A stretch of 60,893 nucleotides of DNA, counting the filler, from Sphacelaria rigidula (lineage: Eukaryota): assembly GCA_964200075.2 (NCBI GenBank). It is 8 parts of 8 records of this genome, joined end to end, with 100 filler letters (N's around TTAATTAATTAA, not from the genome) between each part and the next. Parts side by side here need not be neighbours in the genome. Positions count along the whole stretch, not along the records: positions 7,626 to 15,149 come from CAXNAA020014512.1; positions 15,250 to 22,773 come from CAXNAA020014513.1; 6 more parts are not named here. One strand, given 5' to 3'. The translations under genes were made by a program, and so were the position numbers. Within the stretch, counting starts at the first letter, position 1; each line of letters opens with the position of its first letter. Positions 10,265 through 21,928 of this stretch are shown piece by piece. Under the pieces are notes generated by a model. That model was not told the DNA's origin and ran no database searches. It worked only from the letters and a program-made list of their open reading frames with translations.

Positions 10265-10599
10265 CTGCAGTACGTTCCAAGGGGGGTAACATGAGGAGAA
10301 ATGCAGGAGCAGCGAGGAATATCAGGCGGGAGCGTGCATGATTCGCAAGATAAAAGTGGTGCGAGGTGAGTGCGGGCAGGTGCAAGTATATGGAGTGTGG
10401 TGGACGTGAGAAACACAAGCAGGGGGAACAGCGTCAATTCTGGTGTGCTGTGGCCGTTGACGGAATGAGATGGGGACTGCGCTGGCGGAGACTCGATGCC
10501 CGGATATATCTACTAGATAGGAAGGCAGATATTACCAAGGTCAACAATTTTATTTGCACCCCGTACTTTTGCGTCAACGGCTGGGTGTGTAATCGCTCA

Positions 10600-11295
10600 G
10601 TGCATGTGCGGTAACGGATCAATTCAAGCAGTATATAATAGTGCCTTGCTAGCATACTTCCTGTACACTTGAACGCTTTCCAATCAACATCGTTGTGTTC
10701 GTCATTTTCAGAGGCGGAAGACAAGGGCATAGCTACGAATAGAGAACCATGTTTTGCCTACCCAACCGCCGAACAGGGCCGGGGAGACGAAATTTGAGTC
10801 AATTACGTCCTTCACCGAAAGCTGCATCACCGATTGTTTTAGACTCGGGGTCCATGCGCTACCCCTTCGCGGGTTAGTTATGCCCGCCAAACTTTCGCCA
10901 ATAGCGATACTGCCGACGTCTCCATTGCAGATGCATCCGCCCCACACTTGCTACCCTGCCCGTTCCGTCACTTTAGACCAACTCACGTGGCCGTATGTGC
11001 TGCCCATGAGGCCGACAAGAGGGGGGATGAGACCGCGCAAGAACACAGGAGCCCACCACTCCTTCCTCGGACCTCTGCGAGACGTTCCCCGGAGCCCTTG
11101 AAAAACTTCGAAGATTGACCAAATCAGGATGAGCCACCTCAGAGGTGGATAGTCCTGCAGTGGCATTTTGGAGCGGCAAACCCAAATACAAGGACAACGA
11201 CGTGCCATGAAGTTTAAGTGATGAATCGGGTTACATGTTGGCCACTGCAAATACCCTCGACAGGGCCAGGTTAAACGGGACGGTAGGTCATGCAC
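10600..11295 (-). pseudogene. Possible disrupted upstream coding region of the membrane protein
   Basis: ORFs 10951-11295 and 10708-10947 share a frame and are separated by a single TAG. An apparent frame change follows near 10730. Confidence 0.3.
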
Positions 11296-11666
11296 TGCAA
11301 ACTACCAGTGTTCGATATAGTCTCTGTAGGCAATGTCTGTGAGCCGGGCCGGTAGAGGGCTCTATCGCCACAGGCCACGGGCCACGCGCGGCTCTACATC
11401 TCCAATTTCGGGGTGAACTTTCGACACGAGAGAAGTTACACTGAGGTCTACTAAGTCATGATTTTGGACTTGTCTACTTTATTTACCCCAACAAAAGGCG
11501 ACCAAATTATTTGGACTATTATCGAATCCCTCCGAGTAAGCGAGAAAAACAGTACAAGGTGGACGAAGGTCCGCACGGGATAGATCCGAGTGCGGTTTCT
11601 CTGGCTCCAGAGGCTTCACTCCGAGACCCGAGAAATTGAGCCGCGCATCGTCGTGGCGAAAAAATT

Positions 11667-11737
11667 GCCCCTGTGGTCTAATGGTCAGACTGTCACGTCA
11701 GGGTGAACAGAATGCGGGTTCGATTCTCGCCAGACGC
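11667..11737 (+). mobile_element. tRNA-like SINE head / pseudo-tRNA; related copies at 12834-12906 (-) and 20338-20400 (-)
   Basis: GCCCCTGTGGTCTAATGG (A box) ... GGGTTCGATTCTCGCC (B box). The acceptor stem has mismatches, so it is not a clean tRNA. Confidence 0.55.
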
Positions 11738-11829
11738 GCTCATTTTCCCTCGGGAAATATAATTTCCACCGTCGAAAGTATTACGACATCAGGAGAGATC
11801 GGTTGATCCCTTTAGATCACGTACTCGTC

Positions 11830-12050
11830 CCGAGGAAGGGGAGGGATTAACAGTGTGGCGAAGAAAACAAAATGTTCCGATCGAGTGTGACAAAAAAAAA
11901 GGTAGTGTGCCGTAATATGCTAGTTAAGAGGTAGGGGAGGGGTTTCGAGTGTGACAAGAGATAGATTGTACTTCGGTCAAGTGTGACAAAAAAAGTTTGT
12001 GTGGTAAAAAGCTGGGTTGAGAAGAAGAGGAGGGGTTAAGAGTGTCAAAA
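11830..12050. repeat. Degenerate tandem repeat (GAGTGTGACAA...GGGGAGGGG)
   Basis: The motif recurs 4-5 times at variable spacing. Confidence 0.45.
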
Positions 12051-13618
12051 TATACTCATCGTGAGCAGTTCGAGTATGACGAAAAAAAAGACCTTGTGCG
12101 GTGATATTCTGGGTCAAGTAAAGCACGTCTACAAATATTCGGCAGGGAGAAAGTGCCTACAATTTTGCCACGATCGTCATGATGGGACGATAAAATATAT
12201 TGACGTCTGCGCAGCATAAGGTTACCCGCTGGGTCAGCGGTATCCGCGTACACGAGTCCCACACCACCACGAGGTGTGTTGTACTTTCTCTATTACACGT
12301 GGTGCTCCCTTTTCTGTCACGCCTCCTTTCGGAACAACATTATTGCGGGATCTTTCTGGTGCCGAACCCGGCGCAAAATACTCACAGGAGTTGCGAACAA
12401 AAGTGGCACACTGCAGCGTGTAGTACGAGCCATTTTCATTCACATACCACGACAGCTTTGATGTGAAGGTGAGGTTCCAATATATATTTTTGTTCCGAGA
12501 GAAGGCGTGTCAGCCACAGGAGTGATACGTGTAGTACAGGAAGTACAACGCACCTTTTCCATCATGCCGTCATCGCAGCCTTTCGTGGCACACTCGCAAG
12601 CACATTCATCCTGGCTATTATTTGTGTACGTGTTGTGCTTGACTTAGTATTTCACGGTACACGACCGTTTTTTGTACCCCACTCTACCCGCGCATGACTT
12701 TTGTTGTTTCGTACAGTAATTTCCTCCCCCTCCTCGGGTACGGGTCCATGGTCTCGAGGTATCAGCCCATCTCTCGCCGTGTCCTCACGCTTTCAACGAT
12801 GTAAATCACGTATTTCAGAGGGGGAGAAATGAAGCATTTGGCGGGAATCGAACACAAGTTCTCCGCACCCTCGAGTTGACAAGTGTGACCACTAGACCGG
12901 CTTAGCCCTGCACTGGACCCAGCATATTCTGAGCATATGATAGTTTCCCTTGAATGAACACGATCGAGTACATCACGAAGTGACGGAGCACACGCATGGT
13001 GATATTCTCATCACAAGGATATGTTTACTGTGCGAAATGTGGCCGCGGTTCTTGAGGTGCATTACTTGGAATTACACTTTAGAGGCCGGCTCAGCTCGTA
13101 TGTCGATTCTTTTCCTACCGGCTACAAACGCATGAGCGGGGCGACTTCGCTGTCACCTCAGCACAAACTTTTCAGCCGCCCACAGTCTTGGTCGGAAAGA
13201 AACAGAAGGTCAGCCTTCGGGTAACTTCACGTCTGGATACTCGCTGTGCTTGTTGATAAGGTTGGCACAATATCAAAACTCCGCCTTTTTGGCAGCTTTA
13301 CGGAAGCTGGGCGGTATGTACCTCGAGTGATGTTCACTGTGAACGCCTGCTGCTTTTCAAGCCATATCTCGAATTCGACAGCGAAACAGCATCGCGACAC
13401 CTTGCCGTCGTGTTCATGTCGCGTATGTCACATAACAAGAACACCAATAATCCATGTTTGCGTCACACGATACCATCGTTGCTATCCTGCCTTGGCCTAG
13501 CTCTCCCTTGCCACCACCAGCCATGATATGCTGTTGAACCTGCCTCTCGTCTCCGACTGTATGGTCACTGTGATCTTGTGGCATCATACTACCGGAAGTT
13601 ACCAAATGCACTGAATTC

Positions 13619-14421
13619 TCATACGACACTCCCCTGTAAGCTTTCAGGGCCACAAAACCACAAGGGAGGACAGGGAAGACGAACAGCCTAATTTGTACCG
13701 ACCTCTGCGACTGACATCAACAAGCTGAACACCAGAGCCCGGAAAGTCGGAGCGGCCACGAAGCCACGATTGCTGGCCGCATACGGACACTTCACCAGCT
13801 CCACCGCCTCCTCGCCGTTGTTAACGATTCGTTCGAAGTATATGCAGCTGTCGATCGTGCCTGGTTCAGCAAGTGCCAAAAAAGCCATTCAGGGGGAGGA
13901 TATGGGAGAAACAGTTTAGAATGGACGGTTTGCTGCATTTCATCGTGTGTTCACATGGAGGTATGGTGGAGCTATGCCACAGGGGAGCGACGGCTCACAC
14001 CAACCGTTGGGCAACGCTGGGGCAGCTTTGCCAAGGGATATATATGCAAATATCTGTAGAGTACGTGGAAACGCATCAGAGACATCTACAAGTATTTTCG
14101 GCAGGGAAAGTATTAATCGGGAGACTGACGATGCAGGACACTGCAAAACTACTGCTTCTTGAGGGTTCCAGTGGGGAAATGATACCACCAGTAATGGAGA
14201 AATCAAGAGTGATACACTTGGGGATTGGATTATGGTGGTTGGGGCATGGGACTCCGCATTACTTGCTGTACCTCTCGGAATAGACAACACAGAACTCCGC
14301 CCCGATCTCCTGTCTGGAAAGCACAGCTGATGTACGCGTGCATGGAGAATCCATGTTCGGCAGGGTTGCCGACTGTGGCAAGGTAAGGGGCACAGTAGCA
14401 CGCAGGCTTCAAAATTTGTAG
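13619..14421 (-). CDS. Putative multi-exon gene, 3' part, unknown function
   Basis: Phase-compatible exons 14421-14272 (LQILKPACY...LFRE), 14140-14005 (CPASS...ALPN-G), 13860-13703 (TIDSCIYFERIVNNGEEAVELVKCP...) and 13633-13619 (GSVV-stop), all with AG/GT boundaries. Confidence 0.45.
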
Positions 14422-15249
14422 CTACACAGGGCGGCAGAGCACACGAACATGCCTCTTGCATTACCCTGAAACCGCCATCAGCGTCGACACGAGGCTGTTA
14501 CTGGGCAAGTTGGGTGTTGACCGGGAACCACGTCAACAGCAGTGTGCAGTCAATTGTCGAGTGCGTCGCGTCGAAACAAGGCAGTGAAATGATCCAGCAG
14601 ACGGATTTTGAAAACTTGCCTCCTGCAACGGCCTGCATCCACACGCGTATAGATTCGCAGAGATCAAAACCCCGAAAGCTTCTCCCTTCACCGCCTCTGT
14701 GAAGCTTCCAGTTGCCCTCATTGGCCACCTCGTCAAGAGTAGCTACGCGGATTTCGTCGGCTTCAGGTGGCGGGGCTCCGCCCCCGCGAATGTCGCCCAT
14801 CGCTTTATCCTGGCCTTAAAGCGTCGGACAGCGTTGCGGGAACCTTTGTCGTTTCGCCGATTTCTGCCCTGCCTGCGAGTTTTAGGTGGAATCAGGGTTA
14901 GGATGAAGTTTGAGGACAGCGGTAAGGTTGGTGGATAAGACTCGGATCAATGGTGGGGATAGCATCAGGGCTCGCGTTGTTGGTGTGGCTGGGATTCAAG
15001 TGGGAAGGTGTAGGTGCACGAGAAGCGCACTCGCTTCACTTGTCGCTGATATTTTGCTATTCGCCCTCGAGTCATCCTACGATACGGGGGGGGGGGGGGG
15101 GGGGGGGGGTGTTTTTGTTGTTTTTCTTGGTCGGGTTCCCTTGGCCCCCNNNNNNNNNNNNNNNNNNNNNNNNNNNNNNNNNNNNNNNNNNNNTTAATTA
15201 ATTAANNNNNNNNNNNNNNNNNNNNNNNNNNNNNNNNNNNNNNNNNNNN

Positions 15250-15670
15250 GGGGTGTGCTCCCGTACTCATTTGTTGCTTGCCTTAGTCATTTGACCATTG
15301 ACCACGCATCCCTTTCGAGACGGAGCTTGTTGCTTGCCTTAGTCGTTTGACCATTGACCACGCATCCCTTTCGAGGCGGAGCACCTTTAAAGGGGGGGAG
15401 GCATGACATCGTTTGGTACATGAAGACAGTAGCGAGAACACAGCCGCTATACTAGGAAACAGACGGTGGCCACGGACGGTGAAACAGGATGGGGAGAAGA
15501 TATGTAAAAGGTTTTCGTGCAAATGTCGGGAAGAAACATAATGAGAGCGCCCAAGTGTTGGAGGTGCTCCGTCTAGGGTGTATGTTAGATGTCGGAACGG
15601 TGCTCCGTCTAGAAAGGGATGCGTGGTCAACGGTCAAATGACTAAGACAAGCAACAAATGAGTACGCTCC
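15250..15670. mobile_element. Dispersed repeat family (core CGTCTCGAAAGGGATGCGTGGTCAATGGTCAAACGACTAAGGCAAGCAACAAATGAGTAC); copies also at ~22155-22220, ~30820-30895 and ~45746-45810, diverged relatives at ~22640-22710 and ~37960-38021
   Basis: Direct sequence matches in both orientations in three contigs (3, 5, 7), often at contig ends. Confidence 0.8.
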
Positions 15671-16317
15671 CGATTGTTTGTTAGACTTCCGGCTGAGGAT
15701 TCTGTTCCGAAGGATAAAATTGCATCTAAAGTGTGAGGTGTGAAGGGTGCGGATGTCTTACAGACAACATGTTCTCGATAACACAACTTAGGCCCATGGG
15801 TATCTACACTATTTTTTGGAAGACTTCCGAACTTCTCGGGACTGGCCAGTACCTGCTGACTCTCAAACGCTTGCAAACACCACGGCGTACAACAGAGCAG
15901 CTACCGAAGTGCTGTGTTTCAGTCCTTCTTGTTTTTTTCAGATTTATCCAAAACCGAAGCTTCCGAAGCTCTGGTGGAAAAATTAGGCCGCTTCGTTTTC
16001 AGAGAAGTCTGAACACCGAGTCCGAAAAGCGTCGATAATTGTGGGCCTTACTGCCAAATAGCAACGAACGGTGAATCAATCAACGGGCCTGCGTCGCACC
16101 GCCGTTGTCATCGCGCCGTACAGCACGGCAGTCCTCCAGATTCTTGTTTCTAGCCCTTCGATCGTCATGGTGGGTAATTTTTATCTTAACTTTCACTTTT
16201 CCAGTGAACGTGATGCAGATTCGACGGATGAGGTCCGAGGGCGACAAAACATCTGCGCGGGGTAAAACCCCGCTGTAATCCGGTTCGCTCTCAATCAACA
16301 CAGAATGTGTAACATAC

Positions 16318-16447
16318 CTGATCCAGGAGAACCTGGCGGCGGTCCTGGCGGTGGCCCAGGTGATGACCTTAGTCCTCCCGGGGGAGGAGATCCCGGTGGT
16401 TTGGATGTGGGCCGGGGCGGGGCGCCCGACGGTCTTTGAGGTAGCAT
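16318..16447 (-). CDS. Possible first coding exon, Pro/Gly-rich
   Basis: The ATG at 16447 gives MLPQRPSGAPPRPTSKPPGSPPPGGLRSSPGPPPGPPPGSPGS, ending at a strong AG|GTATG donor. It lies head-to-head with the RibD-like gene. Confidence 0.35.
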
Positions 16448-19168
16448 AGCGCAACTCCTCAGCAGTGGAGCATGGGACCAGCGAGTTCAAGCTGTTGGTA
16501 AATAAATGATACTTGTCAACTGTGCGGCAGCTGCGTCTTGATGACAAATGTTACCATGTATACGTATAGAACACTTGAGCGCTCCACGAACTATATAACG
16601 CAGATAATCATAACACCACGTCTTCTAGGTGAAGCTCTTTGCGCCTCTCCTGCGGGGACGGCATGGCACGTTGGCATCCGATGTTTGGATCTAGCCAGGG
16701 TTGGTCAAGGATCCGAGGATACAGCGCCAATAGTGGTCATACTCTGGCGTATGGTTGGAATGACACGATGCAGCCTTTTCAGCGTTGTTTTATTCTCAAC
16801 AATGGCAGCTCAAGACCGGCGAAACCTTTCTCGTCAAAGAATGTTAATAATATATTTTCAAAGGCTTCCATTTGAACCGCGTTGCTGGAGTGATTTTGCG
16901 AAAAACTGGATATAGGGACGATAGCACCCGGGGGTGTTATACCCCGCCATGTAGACACAATGATATACGCAGTATAACAGCATAGTATTTTCCACCTCGT
17001 TCGGGCTACGAGTTGAACTACAAATAATATGTACGGGGTACGTGACACAGCTGCATTACCTACCGATGCAGCAATAACGGCGGTACTTCAAGCCCCCAGA
17101 ACGACTTTGTGCGGGGGTGGGGCAGCAGAATTGGCGTATTCACCGGGTACTCTCCGGCGTGGTCGTACATGCTTGGCATGTGTTCTTGTAGCACTGACAT
17201 GTAGTGTCAACCATGTGTCAACATCAGCAGCATCATTACCACCACACTTGGATGGCGGGGGGTTAACACCAAGGTGACTAACCAAAAAATGTCAATGCTC
17301 GACTCCCAACTACTTACAGGACATGCTATTTCGGGCCTCTCGCAGAGGTTGAGGAAGTGTAGTGTAAGGTGTAAGTAGTCGTAGGGTGAAGTAGATGACG
17401 GAATATAACACCCCTCCGCCACGCTTGCGGACCATTTGGTTTCTCGCAAGCTACGACGACGCTGCCGTGTCATTGGAAGTTATTGCGATACGGAGCACAG
17501 TATTTTTGCAGAGCACAGCTTTGAAAACGCAGAATCTGAAAGTCGCAGACTCGGGTACGTGTTGTACGCTCGTTCATGTTTGTAATTGAAGTCGCATAAA
17601 TCAAGGTTAAAGTTTCGAATTTTCTCCGCGCAGTACATTGACAGCTCGTGCTCACGCTTCACGACAAGTCCCCTTTCAAAACAATACAGTAACGTCGGCT
17701 GGCCGTCAACGCCGGTAACCCCAAGACCTTGAATATTCAGCTTATCTCTGTTGACGAGTGCAGACCTGGATCATATCTGCCATGAATCCTGTGGTAGCCA
17801 GTGCCTGATCGACGTATATCGTCAAACCGAAACAGTTCCAGTATTTCGCCCCTGTCTAGCGATGGTCAACCTAACAACGTCGATACAGTATCTAACATCT
17901 GGCCTCAAGGCGTCAAACCCTTGTACTGCTAATATTATCGCTGTAATTTGTAGTACGGGTAGCAGAAGTATGGGGGCGGGGTGTACTCATTGTGGGGGGA
18001 GGAGGGGGGGGGGGGGGGGGCCCAACGTCCTGAAACCCAAGGTGGGAGCGATTAGCGCCCCCGACCGCGGGCAGATTTCCCTTTNNNNNNNNNNCATGTT
18101 AGTCTGGTGGTTTTGGGGGGGGGGGGGGGGGGGGGTGGGGGGGGGTGCGTGCGGGGTGGGGGGGGGGGGGGGGGGGGGGGGGGGTGTCAAAGGTTGAGAA
18201 ACACAAGTTGAGAAGTATTAGGTCCACGGACAGCGGGCATGTTTCACTTTGCCCAGGGCGGTGGGTGTTTGGGCAATAGCCTCTTGCTCGGTGGGGCGCC
18301 AGAGTGTGTGTGATACGTTTCGTAGATAGGAACTAGACAGGTGGTACGGGACGACAAGACCGGGTTGTGAAGTAGACGGACGGGGTAGGGACGAAGGGCC
18401 CCTCACGCACCCAGAAGTATGACCATCACACGGACAGTCATGTGCTTAATAGTAGGCGCGTCGTATAAGGAAAGATGGTAAAATCGCAAAAGGGGGAATA
18501 TTGGTGCTGCTCCTTCTAACCACATTTACTGTTTTTCTTCGCTGGGTTTACAACTCTGGGGACCAACCGTATATCGCATGCAAGCTGTCATCAGAGCTTT
18601 CTAACGTAGCCTCTCTACATACTGCCCTGGGCGCTGAATTATAACGTCCGAAACCCATGGCTTAAGTACATAATCTCGGGCCAGTGGAGATATGAACGTA
18701 AATGAGCAAATAGTACCAGCATCGGCAAGAAGCCCCCAGGTACAGCTTTCGAGCACCACCTCACTCGCGCTGAAAGTTGTCACCCTCCACAGTATACAAG
18801 AAACATATTATGGGTTATAGTACCGGCTCTGCTCGGTCATTATTAGTTCCCCCCCTCTATTTTCTGTGCGAGCATGGTAGCTGTTGTGTAGCTGATACAA
18901 CACCCCCAACACGCATGTGGAGCAGTGGAATCCTGGACTAGCATGAACGCGAGGTTGTCTAGATGCACGTGGTTCCCGCCGTTTCCTTGGCAGCATAGAC
19001 ACGATTGTATCCCACGAATCCCCCTACCCATTCTCATCGTCTTCGAATTATCACGGGGGGGGGGGGGGGGGGGGGGGGAGGCCTATACTCCNNNNNNNNN
19101 NTGGTCGCCAGCAGGCCCGACTCCCCGGTGGAGATGGCCACGCCTCCCGGCCTGTTGGCGGGGGTGGT

Positions 19169-19202
<34 letters not shown>

Positions 19203-19685
19203 CAGCCTTTCTGCCAGGTCTCCTCCCCATTGGCGCGTGATTATAATTTCTATCACCATCCGCAATATCTCTTGAGGAGCTAACCGCGTCTGTTATCTGC
19301 GTGAGAACACCCAAGGCAGGGCGATATAAGGCGGGAGCAGAAAACTCAAAATCTCAGGTAGTTCGGGCAAGATTCCCGGCAAACCTTCGGTAACGGAGCT
19401 CTCCTACGAAGTGTCGCCCCTGCCCCCCCCCCCCCCTTCGTACCCGCGCTTTCTTGATCATGATGCGTTGCGAAGAACACACGCCGTCAGTTCTCCGCCG
19501 GTCCCTACAGCCTGCACCCGGCATCTTGCATCCGTTGCGACGTGTAAGAAGAAGAGTGAAACTGATCCTTTTGTTGTGAACTCTACAATTCTCAGTCAGG
19601 CGTCACCCAAGTACACGTTTGGTTGAACCCACTCCTCTCCCACCGCCCCCGATCAAATCCGATCGACATTACGGCAACGGCACAG

Positions 19686-21928
19686 AGCACTCCGTGAGCA
19701 GTGGGTTACAAGCCCAGTCAAAGATTACGACTGTCAAGAAGGAGAGAAGCAACAAGGGTCTTACGACGAACGGCTGCGGAGAACAATCGAGGACAACGTG
19801 CTGAACGATCTGGCCAGCAGCATCGAAGAGCATATCGAGAGCGTTGAGAACGGACAGCGACCAGCAAGGCCGTTTGTGACGCTTACGTACGCGCAAAGCA
19901 TCGACGGGAGCATCGCAGCCGCAGATAGATCGCAGGTCCACTGGTACTGCAGTTAGTATACATTTACTATGCGAGAAAATCGCACCAGCGTGGTCGTCGT
20001 TTTCGGAATAGTTTCAACACTCGTCGCCTCTGCTTCGAGCAATTCGTTATCGAAGCGAGCCGGGCCGGCATAGCTGGTCGGTGGCTTTTCTTCTTTTTTT
20101 TTCGCCAAATTTTCGATGCCTCTCCTTCCTCAAGACAAATCTGCAGTCTTGAGGGATGACTCCATCTCTGCCCCAGGGCATTCCTAACTTTTTGGTATCG
20201 CGTATTGGATCATGACCTGCACTCCCTGACCGTTTCGATCTTTGCCATCATTTGTTTGTTGCTACTCGCGTCTCCACATTTTCGACGATGGGAATCGAAC
20301 ACCCGTGACATTAGACAGACGTATTTGCGTGTTTCTTGAGATTCGAACACTCGACTCTGCATCAGGCGGTTTGACGATGTATGAGTTAGACCGTAGGGGC
20401 GCGGTGTCTACTACTATGTGGAAAGGTGAGAACTGACGTTTTTGAGTGGACCAATGTGACTTGACAGAATCGCCAGGTAAATTGAAAAGAGGTTACTGGT
20501 CATACAGTTCTACAGCTAATTGTTTATACTACAGGTGGTATGTGGTATGACTGGTAAAACGTCCTATTGGCGTACGTTGACGTTCGTGATGTTCCACAGA
20601 CTGAACTCGGATGCATGTTGCCAAGAGCTATCTGCTGGAATTTTTTCTTCGCTTGAACGTTCCATGTGTCCCCCTCCAAGATATCGCTGCGGTGCGTCAC
20701 GTGCCACTTCGAACTGGAGGAATGAAATCATGTAATCGTAATCCTGTTGACGTGCACATTGCGGGTGATCACGGCCTCGCACATACGCTTTACCTCCTTC
20801 TCGGCAGTACTACGACATGCCCTCCCACGATACCTCCTTGCTTTTTCCACTCGAATCGTAGATCGCCGGGTGTAAACGCTAGCCCTGGCTTTGACCATAA
20901 TACACACAAAAAAAAGTGGTTCGTGTGCGCTGCTCTAATGCGGAAGTGCAGTACTAGTACTCCTCTCCACAACTGTTTCACGTGTCCCTCCTGTTGGAGA
21001 TATTTTTAGAAAAACGTTTGAAACACATCATTCAATGCTCTTAGTTACTCTTGTGTGCCGTATGATACCAGAGGGTGCGTCCGCGACCTTTCCTGTCATG
21101 GCAAGCGCTCGACGACAAAAATGTGAACTCTGGCGAGGAAAATGGTACCGTAGGAGGTATACGTAAGTACGTAGTATTATCCGCCACCCGCGGCGATGAA
21201 CATCCAACATCAAGTTACCATTGCACGAGACCGTGCTCGCACCGCCATAAAGTTCCTGTCCACCCCCAAGGATGTCGACGCAACACTTCCACTGACGCAA
21301 CAACTCGGGGCTGCGTGGCCGCGGCAGTTTACGAAAAAAACGGTGAAATGAGAAAATGGGATTCTGCTCCGCCCACCCGATATAATCCGTATACACCGGC
21401 ACATACGGTGGATTGTCTCCACGCAGTGCCGTGGTGCCTTTAACCCCCGCCCCCCTTCTCCCACTCGACATGTTGTAGTGTCGATGTTTTTATGTTTCGG
21501 GTCTCTGCCCACGTTCGCACGCCTTTTGTCTCCCTCCAAGAGAAACGAGAGATGGGCCCTTTTTTTTCAGACCGGGCTTCACGCGCATGTTTGCGAAATG
21601 AGCGATGCTTCACGAATTGTTTGGACGCACCGTTTTCTCAACTCTTTGTTGTTCGTTGTGTTTGGAGTTGAAGTTAGCCTGTTGAAGTTGGCCTGTTGAA
21701 GTTGGCCTGTTGAAGTTGGCCTGTTGAAGTTGGCCTGTTGAAGTTAGCCTGTTGAAGTTAGCCTGTTGAAGTTAGCCTGTGAGTGTGACGCATTTCTGGC
21801 TCTCTGTTGTTTGTGCCCCCGCAGGTAAGTTTAAGCGGGAAAGAGAGTCACACCATGACGCACGGCCTACGCTCCATCCACGATGCCATTCTCGTTGGAG
21901 CGGGAACTGTACGACACGATAATCCAAG
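19686..21928 (+). CDS. Riboflavin biosynthesis pyrimidine reductase (RibD C-terminal / RIB7-like), partial, two exons
   Basis: The exon ending at 19935 encodes RPFVTLTYAQSIDGSIAAADRSQ. Exon 21825-21928 encodes VSLSGKESHTMTHGLRSIHDAILVGAGTVRHDNP. Both are hallmark RibD_C motifs. The 5' boundary is uncertain. Confidence 0.88.
21667..21780. repeat. 14-bp minisatellite, ~8 copies (GTTGAAGTTRGCCT)
   Basis: Direct reading; it lies just upstream of an exon acceptor. Confidence 0.95.

Noticed and set aside
11667-11737. Functional tRNA gene
   Set aside because: The acceptor and anticodon stems pair poorly, and diverged dispersed copies fit a SINE head better.
17990-19200. Poly-G/poly-C tracts and their poly-Gly/Pro ORFs (also at 28020-28205 and 45560-45600)
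   Set aside because: They are homopolymer runs next to small N gaps; the lengths are unreliable and the ORFs are incidental.
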